Source: a virus. Taken from it: DNA of 38,592 nt. The notes below the pieces were generated by a model, which saw only the letters and a list, made by a program, of their open reading frames with translations, searched no databases and had not been told where the DNA came from. The stretch lies in IMG/VR virus record IMGVR_UViG_3300045988_043362, positions 1 to 38,592 of that record; one strand, written 5' to 3'. The position numbers and the translations under genes were made by a program. Shown piece by piece: positions 34,702 to 38,592 of the stretch (position 1 is the stretch's first letter; each line of letters begins with the position of its first letter).

Positions 34702-35088
34702 TTATTTGTTTTTAGATTTTAAAAACTCAATGTATTCCACGGCTTTTTGTAAATCGTCTTTTGAGATGTCTTTCGCAGCCGAGAATAGAAGTCTGGCACC
34801 TGGCCGAGTACGTAACATTTCAGCGTACTCGGCTGTTTCTTTGTCTACATAGTATCCGTTTGGTGCTTGCATTTGTTGAGTATCATCAATCTGATCGCTT
34901 TCCCCTGTTAGATATTGGATTGATACACCAAAGTATTCGGATAGTTTTTGCAACTTATCAATTTTAGGTTTAGACCTACCTTTTCGCCAATCAGCTAATG
35001 AGGCCTGTGATATTCCTGTGTCTTTTGACACTCGGTAAGCCGTTAATTCCTTTTCTTTCATTATCTCGAATATGCGGTCATATGCCAT
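34702..35088 (-). CDS. CI/ImmR-like XRE-family repressor
   Basis: The ATG at 35088 follows an AGGTGG RBS; the track starts 3 codons earlier at a GTG. The HTH is ELTAYRVSKDTGISQASLADWRKGRSKPKIDKLQKLSEYFGVSIQYL. Confidence 0.8.
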   Translation of the reverse strand: MAYDRIFEIMKEKELTAYRVSKDTGISQASLADWRKGRSKPKIDKLQKLSEYFGVSIQYLTGESDQIDDTQQMQAPNGYYVDKETAEYAEMLRTRPGARLLFSAAKDISKDDLQKAVEYIEFLKSKNK

Positions 35089-35156
35089 TTTATCCACCTG
35101 TTTATAAAAAGTTAAAAATAAAACTGTAATTCTTAATTATTTTTATGGTGAGTTAA

Positions 35157-35185
35157 TTGAATTACTAGCATATGCGTAGTACTAT
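35157..35185 (+). promoter_or_regulatory. Candidate rightward early promoter TTGAAT-17-TACTAT with an operator-like palindrome in the spacer
   Basis: TTGAAT is at 35157-35162 and TACTAT at 35180-35185. ACTAGCATATGCGTAGT (35164-35180) is an imperfect palindrome. Confidence 0.35.
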
Positions 35186-35286
35186 GTAATCACAGGGTAA
35201 CGCAAATACATAGCAATGTAAAAGCGGTGCATATACTAAATAAATACTTAGTAATTTGATTTTAGCAAAAAGCGAGGTGATAATCA

Positions 35287-35481
35287 ATGAATTTGCAAAA
35301 AATCAAGCAACTCATGAAAGACCAAGACATGACAGCTTATACACTGTCAAAGAAAACTGGTATTTCACAAGCCGCAATAGGCCAGTGGCTTAACGGCAAA
35401 AATGGTGCAAGTGTTACGAGCCTTCAAAAGTTGGCTGATTGTTTCGGTGTACCTATTGGCGAACTCATCAAAGAGGAGTGA
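35287..35481 (+). CDS. Cro-like XRE-family HTH regulator
   Basis: It is divergent from the repressor. The HTH is MTAYTLSKKTGISQAAIGQWLNGKNGASVTSLQKLADCFGVPIGEL. Confidence 0.8.
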   Translation: MNLQKIKQLMKDQDMTAYTLSKKTGISQAAIGQWLNGKNGASVTSLQKLADCFGVPIGELIKEE

Positions 35482-35485
35482 GAAA

Positions 35486-35641
35486 GTGAGGTTATTTATA
35501 GAAGAAATTTACAAGTTTTACGAAAATCCTAAAAACCAAGTTGAATTCCAAAAATGGAAAAAAGATAAAGGGTCAAAAGTAAGGAGTGATTGTAATAAAC
35601 GTACGATTGAATTTCAAAAGAGATGCGGAAAGTTGGGTTAG
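35486..35641 (+). CDS. Hypothetical small protein (GTG start after an AAGAGGAG RBS)
   Basis: The ATG of track ORF 35402..35641 would overlap cro by 80 nt. The in-frame GTG at 35486 has a well-spaced RBS. Confidence 0.4.
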   Translation: MRLFIEEIYKFYENPKNQVEFQKWKKDKGSKVRSDCNKRTIEFQKRCGKLG

Positions 35642-35774
35642 AAGAATTGAAAGCGAAGAACTAAGCGTATCTGAACAAAAAAGAGCATATGATTTCGCAT
35701 GGAATGCTTTTAAATCGGATTGCGATAGTGCATCGAAAATGGTTGTTGATGCATTAGCGAAAAGAGGGTGGTGA
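35586..35774 (+). CDS. Hypothetical small protein (start uncertain)
   Basis: ORF track only. Confidence 0.35.
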   Translation: MIVINVRLNFKRDAESWVRRIESEELSVSEQKRAYDFAWNAFKSDCDSASKMVVDALAKRGW

Positions 35775-35777
35775 GTA

Positions 35778-35969
35778 ATGATTAAACTATGTTACGCACT
35801 ACGAACAATAACAGGGTTACTTGCTATTGGTGCAGTAGGAAGTATAGAACTAGACCGAATAGGCTTATGGACTGGGTTTTTACAAATGATGTTAGGTATA
35901 ACCACATGGCTATTAACCAGCTATTGGCTAGATGAATGTAAGATTTATGAAAATAAAAAAGTCCGCTAG
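35778..35969 (+). CDS. Small two-TM membrane protein
   Basis: ITGLLAIGAVGSIEL and LQMMLGITTWLLTSYWL are the hydrophobic segments. Confidence 0.45.
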   Translation: MIKLCYALRTITGLLAIGAVGSIELDRIGLWTGFLQMMLGITTWLLTSYWLDECKIYENKKVR

Positions 35970-35996
35970 TGAAAAGTGAGAAGTTTCAGCGGACTT
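35959..35996 (+). terminator. Terminator-like hairpin
   Basis: aagtccgct (35959-35967) pairs with agcggactt (35988-35996) around a 20-nt loop. The T tail is weak (tgtgt). Confidence 0.35.
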
Positions 35997-36051
35997 TGTG
36001 TAGAGGTATTGGAAAATACTCTACTTGTATTTTAACACAAGGAGATTTTGA

Positions 36052-36540
36052 ATGCCAAGTTTATATGAACTAAATAAAGATTATAAAGAGTTGCAAGCGA
36101 TGTTAGAGGTGGCTGAAACCGAAGAGGATATGCAAGCCATCCAAGATACTTTGGATATGTTAGATTGCAGCATCGATGAAAAAATCGAAAATACTGCAAT
36201 GTTTATCCGTAACCTAAAAGGTGATATTCAAGCGTTTAAGGATGAGTCCAAACGACTAAGTGCTAAAGCTAAGATTTTGGAAAATATGACAGAACGATTG
36301 AAGAATAACATTGATCATGTCATGAAAGAAAACCAACTAACAGAAAAGAAAGTTGGACAATTCAAATGCTACTACAAAGAAAGCGAAACAGTAGAGATTG
36401 ATAACTTGGATGCACTACCTGATGAGTTTAGGAAAGTAACAATCGCAGCAGACAAAGTAGCAATCAAGAAAGCTATCAAGAATGAACAAGAAGTAGCTGG
36501 TGCAAGAATTGAAAAACACATGAATTTACAGATTGGTTAG
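36052..36540 (+). CDS. Siphovirus Gp157-like protein
   Basis: MPSLYELNKDYKELQAMLE...DTLDMLDCSIDEKIENTAMFIRNLKGDIQAFKDESKRL matches the Gp157 family pattern. Confidence 0.6.
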   Translation: MPSLYELNKDYKELQAMLEVAETEEDMQAIQDTLDMLDCSIDEKIENTAMFIRNLKGDIQAFKDESKRLSAKAKILENMTERLKNNIDHVMKENQLTEKKVGQFKCYYKESETVEIDNLDALPDEFRKVTIAADKVAIKKAIKNEQEVAGARIEKHMNLQIG

Positions 36541-36547
36541 GTGAAAC

Positions 36548-37171
36548 ATGGAAAACATAGAAAAAATAACTGATAGCCAAGTAGTTTTAAATCAAAGGGT
36601 TGGTGATATTCAACATAAGTTGAAAGCACCTAAAGGACAATACAATTCCTTTGGCAAATACAACTATCGCAGTTGTGAAGATATTTTAGAGGGTGTTAAA
36701 CCATTGTTAAAAGAACACAACTTAGCACTTCTCATTGATGATGAAATTGTACAAATTGGTGAGCGATACTATGTGAAAGCTACCGCAAAAATTACGGATG
36801 GTAGAGAGATTGTAAGTGCGACTGCATATGCAAGAGAACCTGATACAAAGAAAGGTATGGATGAAAGCCAAATTACAGGTGCTACATCATCTTACGCTAG
36901 AAAGTACGCACTCAATGCGTTGTTATGTATCGATGATACGAAAGATGCTGACACCATGGACAATAGCAAAAAACCAGTACAACAAACACAAGAAACTGTG
37001 TACAACTGGCAAACGCTAAAAGCTAGAGCCACACAAGGTGGTATTAGCGAAGATGATTTGAAACATTATCTAAAAGAAACGTTAAAAGTTAATGAGTCAA
37101 AAGACATGACACAAGAACACTATCAGCAAGCGCTTAATTGGGTTAATGCTCAAAGGTACGCTAAACGATGA
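36548..37171 (+). CDS. erf: ERF-family single-strand annealing recombinase
   Basis: KAPKGQYNSFGKYNYRSCEDILEGVKPLLKEHNL...TGATSSYARKYALNALLCIDD are ERF motifs. Confidence 0.8.
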   Translation: MENIEKITDSQVVLNQRVGDIQHKLKAPKGQYNSFGKYNYRSCEDILEGVKPLLKEHNLALLIDDEIVQIGERYYVKATAKITDGREIVSATAYAREPDTKKGMDESQITGATSSYARKYALNALLCIDDTKDADTMDNSKKPVQQTQETVYNWQTLKARATQGGISEDDLKHYLKETLKVNESKDMTQEHYQQALNWVNAQRYAKR

Positions 37172-37719
37172 AATGGAGCGTAAAAGGTATTGAATTGTTA
37201 CGTTCGCCACTAGGTGTAATGGTAGTAATACCAGCACCACATGACAATGATCTAGCGAAATTAGATAAAGATAAAGAATACGTGATTGAGATTAAAAAGA
37301 AATCAAAATCACGTAGTATGAACGCTAATGCATACTGCTGGGTTCTTTGTCAGAAGATAGCGGAAGAACTAAGTAAGACTGGGTACACATCAAAAGAGGA
37401 TGTGTACCGAAAAGCAATCAAAGATTGTAGCCACTTTAGTTATGTACCTGTGCGTGAAGATGCCATAGAGAGATATATTCAGATATGGCAAGGGCATGGA
37501 CTAGGCTGGTTAGCGGAAGATGCTGGCGAATGCCAAAGTCTAAAAGGGTATCACAACATAATGTGTTACCACGGCTCATCGGTATATACAACTTCAGAAA
37601 TGGCACGATTGATTGATTGTCTAACAGATGAATGTGAACAACTAGGTATCAAGTTAGAACCTAGTGAATACATTCAATCACTCATAGAGGGGTGGGAGAG
37701 TGAACAAGCGAAAACGTGA
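37168..37719 (+). CDS. NinB/Orf-like recombination mediator (tentative)
   Basis: KKKSKSRSMNANAYCWVLCQKIAEEL resembles the RSLDQN..LW motif of lambda NinB/Orf. It is adjacent to ERF. Confidence 0.4.
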   Translation: MKWSVKGIELLRSPLGVMVVIPAPHDNDLAKLDKDKEYVIEIKKKSKSRSMNANAYCWVLCQKIAEELSKTGYTSKEDVYRKAIKDCSHFSYVPVREDAIERYIQIWQGHGLGWLAEDAGECQSLKGYHNIMCYHGSSVYTTSEMARLIDCLTDECEQLGIKLEPSEYIQSLIEGWESEQAKT

Positions 37720-37975
37720 AGATGAAAAACTACTAAAACAAAATAGACCTAAAGTGCTTGAACGTGATAACTACTCATGTGTACTGTGTGGCGGTCATGA
37801 TGGTATATCGATACATCACATTGTATTCCGTTCACAGTTAGGTAAAAGCACAATGGATAACTTAGCTTGCTTGTGTGTGCATTGCCACATACCAATAGCA
37901 CATGGGGTGTTTGCTAAAGAAACTAGAAAGCGATTACAAGAAATCGTTAAGGAAAGGATGAAACACTATGAATAA
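37700..37975 (+). CDS. HNH endonuclease
   Basis: CVLCGGHDGISIHHIVFRSQLGKSTMDNLACLCVHCHIPIAHG. Confidence 0.8.
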   Translation: MNKRKREDEKLLKQNRPKVLERDNYSCVLCGGHDGISIHHIVFRSQLGKSTMDNLACLCVHCHIPIAHGVFAKETRKRLQEIVKERMKHYE

Positions 37976-38198
37976 AGACCGATTGGGTGAATATGAAAAA
38001 CTAGAAATGTTAAGAGCATTGATTAGTACTAGAATTATGTACTTTGAAAACAAGCAAGGGGATAAAAATTACCATCAAGACATAATCGATGAATATAAAA
38101 TGCTAGAAAATGTTGTGTGTGCTGCATTAAACCCTCTTTTACGTGAAGCGATTGATGAATTATTAGGAAAGGTTAGTGAATGGCAGAAAGAAGAATGA
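37968..38198 (+). CDS. Hypothetical protein
   Basis: 76-aa ORF. Its stop overlaps the start of the replisome organizer. Confidence 0.45.
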   Translation: MNKDRLGEYEKLEMLRALISTRIMYFENKQGDKNYHQDIIDEYKMLENVVCAALNPLLREAIDELLGKVSEWQKEE

Positions 38199-38592
38199 TG
38201 GCAAAGTCCATTATAGAAACAGATATGTTCTTAGATATGCCTACCAGTTGTCAATGTTTGTATTTCCACCTGTTACTTAGAGCGGATGATGATGGGTTTA
38301 TCAGTAACCCTAAAAGCATTGTAAGAACATTAAGTGCAAGTGCTGATGATCTAAAAATATTAATAGCTAAACAATACTTAATTGGTTTTGAAAGCGGTGT
38401 AGTTGTAATCAAAGATTGGAAGATACACAACTACATCAGAAATGATAGGTACAAAGCCAGTAGCGTTCCTGAACGTGAATTGTTGAATATCAGAAAAGAT
38501 AAAGCGTACACACTAAAGGAAGATGATGGAGTACCTATGATTGATTATGGTATACCAACTGACAACCAAATGGATACCAATGGTATACCAAC
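38195..38592 (+). CDS. Replisome organizer / DnaD-like replication initiator, N-terminal part (continues into 1..464 across the circular junction)
   Basis: ATGATGGCAAAG start overlaps the stop of the upstream gene. Translation: MMAKSIIETDMFLDMPTSCQCLYFHLLLRADDDGFISNPKSIVRTL... The frame stays open to the window end and is in phase with ORF 33..464 once the 55-bp overlap is collapsed (268 aa in total). Confidence 0.65.
   Translation, partial: MMAKSIIETDMFLDMPTSCQCLYFHLLLRADDDGFISNPKSIVRTLSASADDLKILIAKQYLIGFESGVVVIKDWKIHNYIRNDRYKASSVPERELLNIRKDKAYTLKEDDGVPMIDYGIPTDNQMDTNGIP
38538..38592. repeat. Second copy of the 55-bp terminal duplicate
   Basis: Identical to bases 1-55. Confidence 0.9.

Noticed and set aside
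35256-35284. Sigma-70-like TTGATT-17-GATAAT immediately upstream of the cro-like gene
   Set aside because: The predicted start site would fall at or beyond the ATG (35287), and the -10 overlaps the GAGGTG RBS. It is kept only as a remote leaderless possibility.

Overview
The window is a complete, circularly closed temperate phage genome. Bases 1-55 are identical to 38538-38592, so the unique length is 38,537 bp, and one gene reads in frame across the junction. It is AT-rich by eye (GC not computed) and has Firmicute-type RBSs. I found no tRNA, rRNA, CRISPR array or transposase.

Layout:
- 38195->464: replisome organizer carrying in-gene iterons.
- 403-6807, plus strand: early and middle genes. 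These include a G39P-like loader, SSB, two orphan DNA methyltransferases, an SPFH-like protein, an MmcB-like nuclease, a resolvase-like nuclease, dUTPase, small membrane proteins and a RinA/ArpU-like late activator.
- 6808-7522: ORF-free control region with phased repeats, a consensus -10 and two sense-strand intrinsic terminators.
- 7523-27317: packaging, head and a PBSX/Xkd-like contractile tail. This covers ParB-DUF4417, TerL, an SPP1-type portal, Mu-F/gp7-like protein, scaffold, capsid, connectors, sheath, tube, a -1 frameshifted chaperone, tape measure, LysM protein, XkdQ/R/S/T/U-like baseplate proteins and a tail fibre.
- 28719-30730: fibre accessory genes and a collagen-like second fibre.
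- 30734-32370: lysis cassette.
- 32517-35088, minus strand: lysogeny module (large serine integrase, secreted moron, ImmA-like protease, CI/ImmR-like repressor).
- 35287-38198: Cro-like protein, Gp157-like protein, ERF, NinB-like protein and HNH.

Most interesting finding: a shufflon-like switch at 27089-28692. A 9-bp core, CCAGTGGGG, lies on the Gln-Trp-Gly codons of the tail-fibre gene. It recurs twice in inverted orientation, each time in front of a promoterless, start-less alternative fibre C-terminus (two silent cassettes). A tyrosine recombinase gene abuts the last site and is the only minus-strand gene in the late region. Simulated inversions fuse each cassette in frame.

Second finding: two near-full-length ORFs overlap in the 0 and +1 frames on the same strand at the end of the lysis cassette (31885-32370). 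Both have membrane-targeting and coiled-coil features, which suggests an unusual spanin-like arrangement.

All functional calls come from reading the motifs by eye. No database search was run.
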